Assembly: GCA_963782055.1 (NCBI GenBank)
Contig: CAWAIF010000003.1
Span: forward strand, 3,776,001 to 3,840,000
DNA length: 64,000 nt
Reading direction: 5' to 3'
DNA from: an uncultured delta proteobacterium
GTDB lineage: Bacteria; Myxococcota_A; Polyangia; Polyangiales; Polyangiaceae
Both the position numbers and the translations under genes were made by a program. The notes beneath the pieces were generated by a model. It was not told the origin of the DNA. It worked only from the letters and a program-made list of their open reading frames with translations, and searched no databases. Below are positions 1-9,063 of this stretch, in pieces; within the stretch, counting starts at the first letter, position 1; each line of letters opens with the position of its first letter.

Positions 1-472
1 GCTGACGGCGCTGATGATCTCCGGGCGCGTGGGCGCCAACAACACCGCCGAGCTCGGCACCATGGTCGTCACCGAGCAGGTGGACGCCCTGCGCGTGCTG
101 GCGATCGACCCCATCTCCTTTCTGGTGCTGCCGCGCTTCATCGGCATCACCGTGACGCTCTTCATGATGACGCTCTACGCCGACGCGCTCGCCATCTTCG
201 GGGCGACGTACTGCGCCAAGGCGCTCCTGGGCGTGGAGCCGGCGAGCTTCTACCACGGCATGACGAGCGGCCTGCTCGGCTTCGGCGACGTCGCCAACGG
301 CCTGATCAAGAGCGTCGTCTTCGGCATCCTCATCGGCCTGGCGAGCTGCCACTTCGGCCTCTCCACCAAGGGCGGCGCCCCCGGCGTCGGGCGCTCGGTC
401 ACCGCGGCGGTCGTCGCCAGCGCCGCCGGCGTCTTCGTGCTGGACTACCTGGTGAGCTTCCTGCTCGGCTGA
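1..472 (+). CDS. mlaE: MlaE family ABC permease (5' end outside window)
   Basis: GRVGANNTAELGTMVVTEQVDALRVLAIDPISFLVLPR and GGAPGVGRSVT motifs; frame open from the window start. Confidence 0.9.
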   Translation, partial: LTALMISGRVGANNTAELGTMVVTEQVDALRVLAIDPISFLVLPRFIGITVTLFMMTLYADALAIFGATYCAKALLGVEPASFYHGMTSGLLGFGDVANGLIKSVVFGILIGLASCHFGLSTKGGAPGVGRSVTAAVVASAAGVFVLDYLVSFLLG

Positions 473-474
473 CC

Positions 475-1299
475 ATGAGCGCGCCCGCCACAGAGCCCAC
501 CACCGACACGCCCCGCCAGAGCGGGCTGATCTACGATCTGGGCGCGGCCACCTTCGACCTGGCGCGCGGCGCGCTGGAGCTGTACTCGGTCTTCGTCCGG
601 ACGCTCTACTACCTGGTGCGCGGGCGCCGCGAGAAGGGCGCTGTCGTGCGTCAGATGTACGAGATGGGCAACCGCAGCCTGCTCTTCATGACCGTGGCGA
701 TGGGCGTCATCGGCATGATCATGGTCTACCAGTCGGGCCTGCAGACCAAGCGCATCATCCCGGACTTTTCCCTGCTCGGCGCGACCTACCTGGAGCTGCT
801 CACGCGCGATCTCGCGGCGAGCCTGGGCGCGCTGATGCTCGCCACGCGTGTCGGCGCCGGAATCGCGGCCGAGATCGGGTCGATGGTGGTGACCGAGCAG
901 ATCGACGCCCTGCGCATGAGCGCGGCCGACCCCATCGACTACCTCGTCAAGCCCCGCTTCGTCGCCAGCATCGTGATGACCACCACCCTCATCATCTGGG
1001 GCGGCTTCGTGGCCTTCACCGCTGGCGGCGCCATCGGCTACTTCGCCTTCGGCATCTCGCCTCACACCTTCTTCAGCACGCAGCTCGTCGACCACGGCGA
1101 CCTCATCACCGGTCTCGTCAAGTGCATCGCCTACGGCGCGGCCATTCCCATCGTGAGCGGGTACTGCGGCCTCTCCACCTACGGCGGGTCGGAGGGGGTC
1201 GGCTGGGCCACCACGCGCGCGGTCGTCAACTCCTCGCTGGCCATCATCATCCTGAACTTCTTCATCTCCGGCGCGGCGTACGTCGTGTTCCCCAAGTAA
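475..1299 (+). CDS. mlaE: MlaE family ABC permease
   Basis: RVGAGIAAEIGSMVVTEQIDALRMSAADPIDYLVKPR and GGSEGVGWATTRAVV; multiple TM segments. Confidence 0.92.
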   Translation: MSAPATEPTTDTPRQSGLIYDLGAATFDLARGALELYSVFVRTLYYLVRGRREKGAVVRQMYEMGNRSLLFMTVAMGVIGMIMVYQSGLQTKRIIPDFSLLGATYLELLTRDLAASLGALMLATRVGAGIAAEIGSMVVTEQIDALRMSAADPIDYLVKPRFVASIVMTTTLIIWGGFVAFTAGGAIGYFAFGISPHTFFSTQLVDHGDLITGLVKCIAYGAAIPIVSGYCGLSTYGGSEGVGWATTRAVVNSSLAIIILNFFISGAAYVVFPK

Positions 1300-1329
1300 C
1301 CCCGCGGCCTCGTGTATCCTCCGGGCCGG

Positions 1330-3417
1330 ATGGCTCGTCCCCGCAGGCTCGTCAGCTACCGCCTCTCGTTGGTCGTGGCGATCCCCCTGCTCATCGTGAT
1401 GACGGGCGCCCTCATCGCCGGCAACGCCTACTTCACCACGCGCAACACCATCGACTCGCTGACGACGCAGCTCTTCGACCAGGTCTCCGAGCAGACGGCC
1501 GACGAGGCGAGCAACCACGTCGGCCAGGCCGTGCCGGCGGTGGACCTGGTGGCCGGCCTGCTGCGCGACGAGGACCCCCTCCCCGACCAGCCTGGCCTCG
1601 CGCAGCGGCTGCTGCAGGTGCTCCGCGCCAACCCCGGCTTCGCCTGGGTGAGCTTCAGCGAGACGAACGGTGACTTCACCGGCGTCTACCGCACCGCGAG
1701 CGGGGAGGTCCGCACCAACCGCAGCTCCATCCACGACGGCAAGACCGAGCTCTACGAGCACGTGGTCCACCCGGACGACTCGCTCACCCTGCTGCGCCAC
1801 GTCCAGGACACCGGCTACGACCCGCGCACCCGCCCCTTCTACGAGCTGGCCGTGGACAAGAAGCGGCGCGTCTGGACGCCGCCCTACGTCTTCTTCGACC
1901 AGGGCATCCCGGGGATCACCTGCGCCGAGCCGGTCTACGGCAAGGACGGCGCGCTGCGCGGCGTCGTGACCGTCGACTTCGATCTCAACGTACTCTCGCA
2001 GTTCGTCGCGGGGCTGCACCTCAGCCCGCACGCGCTCATCTTCATCTACACGCCCGACGGCACCATCCTGGCGCACCCCACACTCCACCTGGTGGAGAAG
2101 AAGGGGGCCGGCAGCGAGGGCGAGCTCGTCACCGCGAAGAACGTCGCCGACCCGCTGGTGCGCGACTTCCTCGCCCACGCCCCGCACGGGGCTGCCGCGG
2201 GCCAGCAGTTCACCTTCCGTCACGACGGACAGGACTATTTCGGCGCGACGCGCCGCTTCGACATCGACCACGGCCTCTCCTGGGTGGTGGGGGCGGCGGC
2301 CCCGCAGAGCGACTTCCTGCACTCGGTGCAGAGGAACAACCGCATCGCCGCGTTCGTCTCCCTCGGCGCGGTCGCCCTGGCGCTGCTGCTCGGGGCCGCC
2401 CTCGCCAACCGCGTGGCGGTGCCCCTCGCCCGCATCGCCAAGGACATGGATCGCGTGGGCCGCTTCGACCTGGGCGAGCAGCCCGCCACCGGCTCCATGT
2501 TCCGCGAGATCGACGCGATGGGTCGCTCGCTCTCGGCCATGAAGGGCGGTCTGCGCAGCTTCGCCTCGTACGTCCCGCGTGATCTGGTGCGCGCCGTGCT
2601 CGCCTCCGGCGAGGAGGCCAAGCTGGGCGGCCGCACCAGGGTGCTCACCGTCTTCTTCTCCGACCTGGCCGGCTTCACCACCATCTCGGAGTCCATGGCG
2701 CCCGAGGCGCTGGTGGAGCTGCTCGGCGGCTACCTGGACGAGATGACCCGCGTCATCTCGAAGCACGGGGGCACGGTCGACAAGTTCATCGGCGACGGCA
2801 TCATGGCCTTCTGGGGCGCCCCGGGCGAGGAGCCGAGGCACGCCGAGCGCGCGGTGGAGGCCGCCATCGCCGCGCAGCGCGCCCTCGCCGCCATGAAGCG
2901 CGACGGCGACGAGGACGTCCGGCGTCTGTCCATGCGCATCGGCCTCGCCACCGGCGAGGTGGTCGTCGGCAACATCGGCGCCCACGACCGGATGAACTAC
3001 ACCGTGATGGGCGACACGGTGAACCTCGCCGCGCGGCTGGAAGGCCTCAACAAGCAGTACGGCACGCCCCTCATGATCTCGGAGGCCACCTACCTCGCCT
3101 GCAAGGAGAAGGTCGTCGCGCGGCCCATCGACGTCGTCGCGGTCAAGGGCAAGCGGCAGGGCGTGCGCGTCTACGAGCCGCTCTGCCTCTGCGAGGAGCC
3201 GGACGAGAAGGCTCGCGGGGTGGCGGAGGCGAGCGAGCGCGCCCTGGACCTCTACCTCCACCGCCGCTTCGACGAGGCGGCCGCGGCGTGGGATGAAGTC
3301 CTGCACCTCCGGCCGGGCGACGCCGCCGCCTCCCACATGAAGCGCCACGCCCAGGACTTCGCCAAGCACCCGCCGCCCGAGGACTGGGACGGCGTCGCCG
3401 TCATGAAGGTGAAGTGA
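1330..3417 (+). CDS. Membrane sensor class III adenylate cyclase (TM-Cache-TM-HAMP-cyclase)
   Basis: YDPRTRPFY/WTPPY Cache motifs between two TMs; FSDLAGFT, DKFIGD and YTVMGDTVNLAARLE catalytic motifs. Alternative GTG start at 1312. Confidence 0.9.
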   Translation: MARPRRLVSYRLSLVVAIPLLIVMTGALIAGNAYFTTRNTIDSLTTQLFDQVSEQTADEASNHVGQAVPAVDLVAGLLRDEDPLPDQPGLAQRLLQVLRANPGFAWVSFSETNGDFTGVYRTASGEVRTNRSSIHDGKTELYEHVVHPDDSLTLLRHVQDTGYDPRTRPFYELAVDKKRRVWTPPYVFFDQGIPGITCAEPVYGKDGALRGVVTVDFDLNVLSQFVAGLHLSPHALIFIYTPDGTILAHPTLHLVEKKGAGSEGELVTAKNVADPLVRDFLAHAPHGAAAGQQFTFRHDGQDYFGATRRFDIDHGLSWVVGAAAPQSDFLHSVQRNNRIAAFVSLGAVALALLLGAALANRVAVPLARIAKDMDRVGRFDLGEQPATGSMFREIDAMGRSLSAMKGGLRSFASYVPRDLVRAVLASGEEAKLGGRTRVLTVFFSDLAGFTTISESMAPEALVELLGGYLDEMTRVISKHGGTVDKFIGDGIMAFWGAPGEEPRHAERAVEAAIAAQRALAAMKRDGDEDVRRLSMRIGLATGEVVVGNIGAHDRMNYTVMGDTVNLAARLEGLNKQYGTPLMISEATYLACKEKVVARPIDVVAVKGKRQGVRVYEPLCLCEEPDEKARGVAEASERALDLYLHRRFDEAAAAWDEVLHLRPGDAAASHMKRHAQDFAKHPPPEDWDGVAVMKVK

Positions 3418-4157
3418 TCTCCTTCCGCGACATCAGGAAGTCCTTCGGCCCCAAGACGGTCATCGACGGCGTGAGCTTCGACGTCCAGGACGGCGAGGTC
3501 TTCTTCATCATCGGCGCCTCCGGCGTCGGCAAGAGCGTGCTCATCAAGCACCTCGTCGGCCTGCTGCAGCCCGACTCCGGCGAGATCTGGCTGGACGGAC
3601 AGGAGGTCTCCAGGCTGGACGAACAGGCCATGATGCCGGTGCGGAAGAAGTGCGCCATGGTCTTCCAGCACTCCACCCTCTTCGACTCCATGACGTGCGC
3701 GGAGAACGTCGCCCTGCCCCTGCGCAAGCACAAGGGCCTGAGCGTGCGCGACGCGCTCGCCGAGGCGAAGAAGCGGCTCCTGCAGGTGCACATGGCGGAC
3801 TTCGCCGACCGCTACCCGCCGGAGCTGGGTGACGGCATGCGCAAGCGGGTGGCCATCGCCCGCGCGCTGACGCTGGACCCGGAGTACGTCCTGTTCGACG
3901 AGCCGACCACCTCCCTCGACCCGGTGAGCGCCCGCCGCGTGGACCGCCTGATCCGCGAGCTGTCCGACAGCGTGGGCGTGACGTCCGTCGTCGTCAGCCA
4001 CGATCTGGTGAGCATCTTCAGCATCGCCGACAGGATCGTGATGCTCTACAAGGGCCACGTCCGCATGCTCGGCACGCCGCAGGAGTTCAAGGCGACGGGC
4101 GACGCCATCATCCAGCAGTTCATCCACGGCCGCGCGCAGGGGCCGATGGAGGGCTGA
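3414..4157 (+). CDS. mlaF: MlaF-like ABC ATP-binding protein
   Basis: Walker A GASGVGKS, FQHSTLFDSMT, FDEPT, SHD; the signature motif reads LGDGM. Confidence 0.88.
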   Translation: MISFRDIRKSFGPKTVIDGVSFDVQDGEVFFIIGASGVGKSVLIKHLVGLLQPDSGEIWLDGQEVSRLDEQAMMPVRKKCAMVFQHSTLFDSMTCAENVALPLRKHKGLSVRDALAEAKKRLLQVHMADFADRYPPELGDGMRKRVAIARALTLDPEYVLFDEPTTSLDPVSARRVDRLIRELSDSVGVTSVVVSHDLVSIFSIADRIVMLYKGHVRMLGTPQEFKATGDAIIQQFIHGRAQGPMEG

Positions 4158-4202
4158 CGGCACTCTCCCTATCCGGCCCGCTTCGGCTAGACTCCGCTCC
4201 CG

Positions 4203-5228
4203 ATGGCGCAAGAGCGTTCGATCGAGGTCAAGGTCGGCATCCTCATCCTGGTGGCCCTGGGCATCCTGGGCGGCTTCATCCTGGTGATGGGTGGCCTCAG
4301 CTTCCAGAAGACCTACGCCATCTACGTCGACTTCGACAACCCCGGCGCCCTGCAGACGGGCGCGCCAGTGAAGATCGCCGGCGTCACCGTCGGCAAGGTG
4401 GACGAGCTGCAGTTCCGCGGCGGCCAGCTCGACCCCAAGACCGGCCACCGCACGATGGTGCGCGCCAAGCTACTGGTGCAGACGCGCTACCGCTCCAGCA
4501 TCCACGAGGACGCCGACTTCTACGTCACCACGCAGGGTGTCCTCGGCGAGCAGTACCTGGCGATCGAGCCGGGCACGCCCACCAAACCGGAGCTCGACCC
4601 GGACAAGACCATCCCGCAGGGCATCGGCCCGCCGCGCCTCGATCTCTTCTTCGCCAAGGCCTACGAGCTGCTCGACATGACGGTGACCGGCCTCAACAAC
4701 AACAAGGACCTGGTCAAGGACATCGCGGTCAACACCGCCGGCCTGCTCGCCGGGCTGAACGGGTCGGTCGCCGACAACCGCGAGCGCATCAACCGCATCA
4801 TGAAGAACCTGGAGGACCTCACCGCGGAGGCCAACTCCCTCACGTCCGACGTGCACACGAAGTACGTCGACAACCCGAAGGTCCAGCACACCATCGACAA
4901 CATCGACGCCATCTCCACCAAGCTGAAGAGCGACTCCGGCCCGCTGCTCGACAACGCCAACGACGCCCTCTCCAACCTGGACAAGGTCTCCAAGACCTTC
5001 GCCGACCCTGAGGGCCAGGCGAAGCTGAAGAAGGCCCTGAACGACGTCTCGGAGCTCGCCTCCCGCGCCAACGCCATCGCCGCCGACGCGCAGAAGATCA
5101 CCGACCACATCAAGAAGGGCGAGGGCACCGTCGGCGCCCTGGTGATGGACGAGGAGCTGTACGACGACCTTCAGGAGATGGTGCGCGACCTCAAGCACAA
5201 CCCCTGGAAGTTCTTCTGGAAGAACTAG
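4203..5228 (+). CDS. mlaD: MlaD/Mce family protein
   Basis: N-terminal TM; GAPVKIAGVTVGKV and GVLGEQYLAIEPG; helical C-terminus ending HNPWKFFWK. Confidence 0.9.
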   Translation: MAQERSIEVKVGILILVALGILGGFILVMGGLSFQKTYAIYVDFDNPGALQTGAPVKIAGVTVGKVDELQFRGGQLDPKTGHRTMVRAKLLVQTRYRSSIHEDADFYVTTQGVLGEQYLAIEPGTPTKPELDPDKTIPQGIGPPRLDLFFAKAYELLDMTVTGLNNNKDLVKDIAVNTAGLLAGLNGSVADNRERINRIMKNLEDLTAEANSLTSDVHTKYVDNPKVQHTIDNIDAISTKLKSDSGPLLDNANDALSNLDKVSKTFADPEGQAKLKKALNDVSELASRANAIAADAQKITDHIKKGEGTVGALVMDEELYDDLQEMVRDLKHNPWKFFWKN

Positions 5229-5238
5229 CGCGCCGGGG

Positions 5239-5616
5239 TCACTCGGAGGCGGCGTCCTGCGACCCGGAGTCCTGCCCGCCCGAGTCCTGCCCGCCGGAGT
5301 CCGGCGTCCCGGTGTCGGGGGTCCCGGAGTCCTTGGTGCCGGTGTCCGGCTGCGCCACGTCCTGCACCTGACCGTCGCTCGCGCCATCGGTGGCGCCGTC
5401 CGTCATCGTGGCGTCACCCGCGCCGGCCTCCGGCGGTGTGCTGATGATGCCGGTCAGGTCGTTGGAGCACTTGCCCTTGATGCAGACCAGCCCCTCCTGG
5501 CAGTCGATGGCCTGGAAGCAGTCCCCGCCGGCGGCGACCAGATCGTTGGCGCAGGCCGAGAAGAGCCCCGTCAGGGCCGCGGGCACGACGAGGAGAACGA
5601 GGAGGCGCTTCACCAT
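5239..5616 (-). CDS. Cys-rich lipoprotein with DSG/DTG repeat tail
   Basis: Signal peptide with FSAC lipobox, CFQAIDCQEGLVCIKGKC, tail ending DAASE. Start 5616 or 5613. Confidence 0.7.
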   Translation of the reverse strand: MVKRLLVLLVVPAALTGLFSACANDLVAAGGDCFQAIDCQEGLVCIKGKCSNDLTGIISTPPEAGAGDATMTDGATDGASDGQVQDVAQPDTGTKDSGTPDTGTPDSGGQDSGGQDSGSQDAASE

Positions 5617-5680
5617 CCCCACGGTACGTGGCGGCAGACGCCGGTTCAAGTGCCTCCGGCCGCGTGCCCCCCGCGCGCGC

Positions 5681-5896
5681 TCACTCCAGGACGACGAGGA
5701 CGTCGCCCTCGTTGACCGCCTGCCCCTCCGAGCACGCGATCTTCTCCACCTTGCCCGTCGTCTGCGCCTCCACGGGCATCTCCATCTTCATGGACTCCAG
5801 GATGACGACCGTCTGCCCCTCCATCACCTCCTCGCCCTCCTGAACCTCAATCTTCCAGACCGTCCCGGTGATGTGCGCGCAAACGTTGGTCGCCAT
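5681..5896 (-). CDS. Stand-alone biotin/lipoyl carrier protein (71 aa)
   Basis: GTVWKI...ILESMKME...GQAVNEGDVL; ATG at 5896. Confidence 0.88.
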   Translation of the reverse strand: MATNVCAHITGTVWKIEVQEGEEVMEGQTVVILESMKMEMPVEAQTTGKVEKIACSEGQAVNEGDVLVVLE

Positions 5897-6212
5897 GTGG
5901 CGGGACCATAGCCGAGACCTCGGCCGAAGCCGAGACCGAAGCCGGGCCCGCCGGCCCCTCCGACGCCCAAGGAGCTCGGCCGCCGTGGGTTTCACTGTGG
6001 CCCGCATATTCCGCCGCCGCCGCAAGGGTCGGGTAGCCCAACCGGAGGTCCGCGGAGGATGATGAAATCGCTCGGATCGTCTTGGACATTGCGCAGGGTG
6101 GCGGAAGTCGGTAACTTTTTGTCGTCAGCGCAAAGTCAGGCCCCCTGCGGGCGTTCGACCCCTTCCCCTGATCACTGACTGGCTGCCGGATCCCGATCGA
6201 GGAAACACGACC

Positions 6213-6956
6213 ATGGCGGAACAGAAAGAAAGCTCGGTCCTCTTCTCGCTGAAAGAGCTGATGAACCTCGAAGAGGATCGCATCAAGCAAGAGGAAGACG
6301 CCAAGCGGGCGGCCGAGGAAGCGGCCGTCCAGGCCCGGATGGAGGCCGAGCGCAAGGCGCGGGACGAGGAGGAGGCCCGTCTCCACGCCGCCAACGAGAA
6401 GCGCCGGCAGGAGGAGCAGCGGGGCCGGGAAGAGGCCGCCCGCCTGGAGGCCATTCACCGGGCCGAGATCGAGAAGGCGCGCCTGGACGCGGAGAACGCC
6501 GCGCGCATGGAGCAGCTCCGCCAGCAGCAGGAGCACGAGAAGCACCTGCACGCGATGAAGCACGACAAGTCGAAGAAGCGGCTGGTGCTCATCGCCAGCA
6601 GCATCGGCGTGCTGGCGGTCGCGGGCCTCATCGCCGGCGGCGTGATCATCAACAAGCAGATGACCGAGCGCAAGAACCTGGAGACGCAGATCGCCACGCT
6701 GCAGTCGCAGATCGACGAGAACAACAAGCACATGGCGGACCTGAACAGCAAGCTCGCCAGCGCGACGACGCCGGAAGAGCGCGCCGCCCTCGAGCAGCAG
6801 ATCCAGGACGCCCAGCAGAAGGCGCAGGAGCTGAGCGCATCGCAGAAGGACCTCCGCACCGGCAAGCACGTGGCGGTGCACGTCGCGCCGAAGCACACGG
6901 TCACCAAGCCCAAGTGCAACTGCACGCCGGGCGACCCGCTCTGCTCTTGCCTCTGA
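6213..6956 (+). CDS. Coiled-coil single-TM protein with Cys-rich C-terminus
   Basis: GAGGA RBS; E/R/A-rich coiled coil, one TM, second coiled coil, CNCTPGDPLCSCL terminus. Confidence 0.75.
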   Translation: MAEQKESSVLFSLKELMNLEEDRIKQEEDAKRAAEEAAVQARMEAERKARDEEEARLHAANEKRRQEEQRGREEAARLEAIHRAEIEKARLDAENAARMEQLRQQQEHEKHLHAMKHDKSKKRLVLIASSIGVLAVAGLIAGGVIINKQMTERKNLETQIATLQSQIDENNKHMADLNSKLASATTPEERAALEQQIQDAQQKAQELSASQKDLRTGKHVAVHVAPKHTVTKPKCNCTPGDPLCSCL

Positions 6957-6996
6957 GGCCCCGCGCGACGCGCGGACCGACGGCCTGAAGGGCACG
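6954..6996 (+). repeat. Post-stop two-hairpin element, copy A
   Basis: TGAGGCC-CCGCGC-GAC-GCGCGG-ACCGACG-GCCT-GAA-GGGC-ACG; aligns with the reverse complement of 36068-36108. Confidence 0.65.
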
Positions 6997-7003
6997 AAGA
7001 CCG

Positions 7004-7717
7004 ATGATCGATCCCGGCCTCGTCGTCGCGCTGGACTTCCCGCGTCTCGACGAGGCCCGCGCCCTCGCCCTGCGCGTGCGGGAGGCCGTCGGGATGATCA
7101 AGGTGGGCCTGGAGCTCTTCGTGGAGGCCGGTCCCGCCGCCGTCGCCCTCGGCGAGGAGGTCGGCCGCCCGGTCTTTCTCGACCTGAAGCTGCACGACAT
7201 CCCGGAGACGGTGGAGCGGGCCGTCGCCCGCGCGTCGGCCCACGGGGCGGCGCTGCTCACCGTCCACGCCTCCGGCGGCGCGGCGATGCTGGAGCGCGCG
7301 GTGCGCCGGGCGGAGGCCGAAGGCGGCGCGACCGCCATCGTCGCGGTGACCGTGCTCACCTCCCTGGACGCCGCGGACCTGGCGCGGCTCGGGGTGGCGG
7401 TGGACCCCGGCGCCCAGGCGCTGCGTCTCGCCCGGCTGGCTTGGGAGGCGGGCGTGCGCGCCTTCGTCTGCTCCCCCCACGAGGTCTCCGCCCTGCGCGA
7501 GGCGCTCGGCCCGGAGGCCACCCTCATCACGCCAGGGGTACGCCCGCAGGGCGCCGCCGCCGGCGATCAGAAGCGCGTCGCCACGCCGCGGGGCGCGGTG
7601 CTCGCGGGCGCCGACGCCGTCGTCGTCGGCCGTCCCATTCGCGACGCGGGCGACCCTCTCGCCGCGGCCGCGGCCATCGCCCGCGAGGTGCGCGAGGCCC
7701 GCGAGGCGCGCCCATGA
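7004..7717 (+). CDS. pyrF: Orotidine-5'-phosphate decarboxylase
   Basis: [40 protein letters not shown]. Confidence 0.96.
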   Translation: MIDPGLVVALDFPRLDEARALALRVREAVGMIKVGLELFVEAGPAAVALGEEVGRPVFLDLKLHDIPETVERAVARASAHGAALLTVHASGGAAMLERAVRRAEAEGGATAIVAVTVLTSLDAADLARLGVAVDPGAQALRLARLAWEAGVRAFVCSPHEVSALREALGPEATLITPGVRPQGAAAGDQKRVATPRGAVLAGADAVVVGRPIRDAGDPLAAAAAIAREVREAREARP

Positions 7718-8430
7718 CCCGCCTGGTCTGCGGCCTGCAGCCGGTCCGCGAGGCCGTCTCCGCCCGCGCGCGCGATCTGGAGCGCGTGCTGGTGGACGCG
7801 CGCGACTCCCCGCAGCTCGAGGCGCTCGCCCGCTTCGCGAAGGACCGCGGGGCGAAGGTGGAGCGGGTGGCCCGCGCCGAGCTGGACCGCCTCGCCCGCG
7901 GCGCGCGGCACCAGGGCGCGATCGCGGTGGCCCCTCCGCTGCGCGTGCGCCGGCTCGAGGACGTGGAGCTCGGGCAGGACGCGCTCGTCGTGGTGCTGGA
8001 CGCCATCGAGGACCCGCAGAACTTCGGCGCCATCGTCCGCAGCGCCGTCGCGATGGGCGCGGGGTGCGTCATGTGGCCGGAGCACCACGCCGCGCCCCTC
8101 TCGCCGGCGACCTTCCGCGCCTCCGCCGGCGCGGTGGAGCACGCGCAGCTGTGCCGCGTCGCCAGCCTGCCCTCCGCCATCGAGGCGCTGCGCGCGCGCG
8201 GCCTGTTCGCCGTGGCGCTCGACGCCGCCGGGGAGGCGCTGCTCGGCGCGCTGGATCTCGCGCGCCCGGTCGCCCTGGTGCTCGGCGCGGAGGGGCGCGG
8301 CCTGCGCAAGCCGGTCCGCGCCGCGTGCGACGCCACCGCGCGCCTGCCGATGCGCGGCCCCATCGCCTCGCTCAACGTCTCCGCCGCCGCGGCGATGGCG
8401 CTCTACGAAGTGCGCCGCCAGCGGAGCTGA
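7714..8430 (+). CDS. rlmB: TrmH/SpoU family 23S rRNA 2'-O-methyltransferase
   Basis: [32 protein letters not shown] overlap with pyrF. Confidence 0.88.
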   Translation: MTRLVCGLQPVREAVSARARDLERVLVDARDSPQLEALARFAKDRGAKVERVARAELDRLARGARHQGAIAVAPPLRVRRLEDVELGQDALVVVLDAIEDPQNFGAIVRSAVAMGAGCVMWPEHHAAPLSPATFRASAGAVEHAQLCRVASLPSAIEALRARGLFAVALDAAGEALLGALDLARPVALVLGAEGRGLRKPVRAACDATARLPMRGPIASLNVSAAAAMALYEVRRQRS

Positions 8431-8442
8431 CCGGCGCGTCGC

Positions 8443-9051
8443 TCAGCGCTTGAGCACCATGCAGCGCACGTGGCTGCGGAGCGCGACCTTGCGCGCCTCG
8501 ATGAAGGTGGGGCTCCACGGCTCGCTCCCGGTGAGCTGCTGCATCACCGACCCGATGGCGAAGGGCATGAAGTGCAACCCCACGAGCGTGATGATCGTCT
8601 GCTGCGCGTCACCGGGCGCGAACACCCCCGCCTTCTGCCCGCCGTCGATGAACGACTCGGCGGAGCGAAGCACGGAGAGGATGGCGCGCGCGACCTCGCC
8701 GCCCTCGCCGTCCTTCCACTCCATCGCCTCGCGCAGGAGCAGCCGCGCGACGAACGGGTGCTCGCCGAGCAGCGTGACAATCGCGTCGGTCAGCGCGTCG
8801 AGGCGCTCGGCGTAGTCGCCTTGCACCTCCGCCGCCGACGCGATGGCTTCGCCCACGTCGCGCACCAGCCTCTCGAGCACGGCGGCGCGAAGCTCCTCCT
8901 TGCTCGCGAAGTGGTGGAACAGCGAAGCCTTGCGCAGGCCGACTCGCTCCGCGAGATCGGCCATGCTGGTTCCGTCAAACCCGCGCTCGGCGAACAGTCT
9001 CGTCGCCTCGTCGAGAATGACGTCCTTCCTCCCCTTGGGTCCCCGGGCCAT
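8443..9051 (-). CDS. TetR/AcrR family regulator
   Basis: LFAERGFDGTSMADLAERVGLRKASLFHHFASKEEL HTH. Confidence 0.93.
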   Translation of the reverse strand: MARGPKGRKDVILDEATRLFAERGFDGTSMADLAERVGLRKASLFHHFASKEELRAAVLERLVRDVGEAIASAAEVQGDYAERLDALTDAIVTLLGEHPFVARLLLREAMEWKDGEGGEVARAILSVLRSAESFIDGGQKAGVFAPGDAQQTIITLVGLHFMPFAIGSVMQQLTGSEPWSPTFIEARKVALRSHVRCMVLKR

Positions 9052-9063
9052 GGTCCGGGTGTA

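Noticed and set aside
5911..5948. Short GCCGAGACC/GCCGAA repeats
   Set aside because: Too short and irregular to call in GC-rich DNA.
6095..6192. Possible c-di-GMP-I (GEMM) riboswitch (GCGCAAAG...GGCTGCCG)
   Set aside because: It lacks a convincing first stem and tetraloop-receptor core; cannot be supported without an Rfam search.
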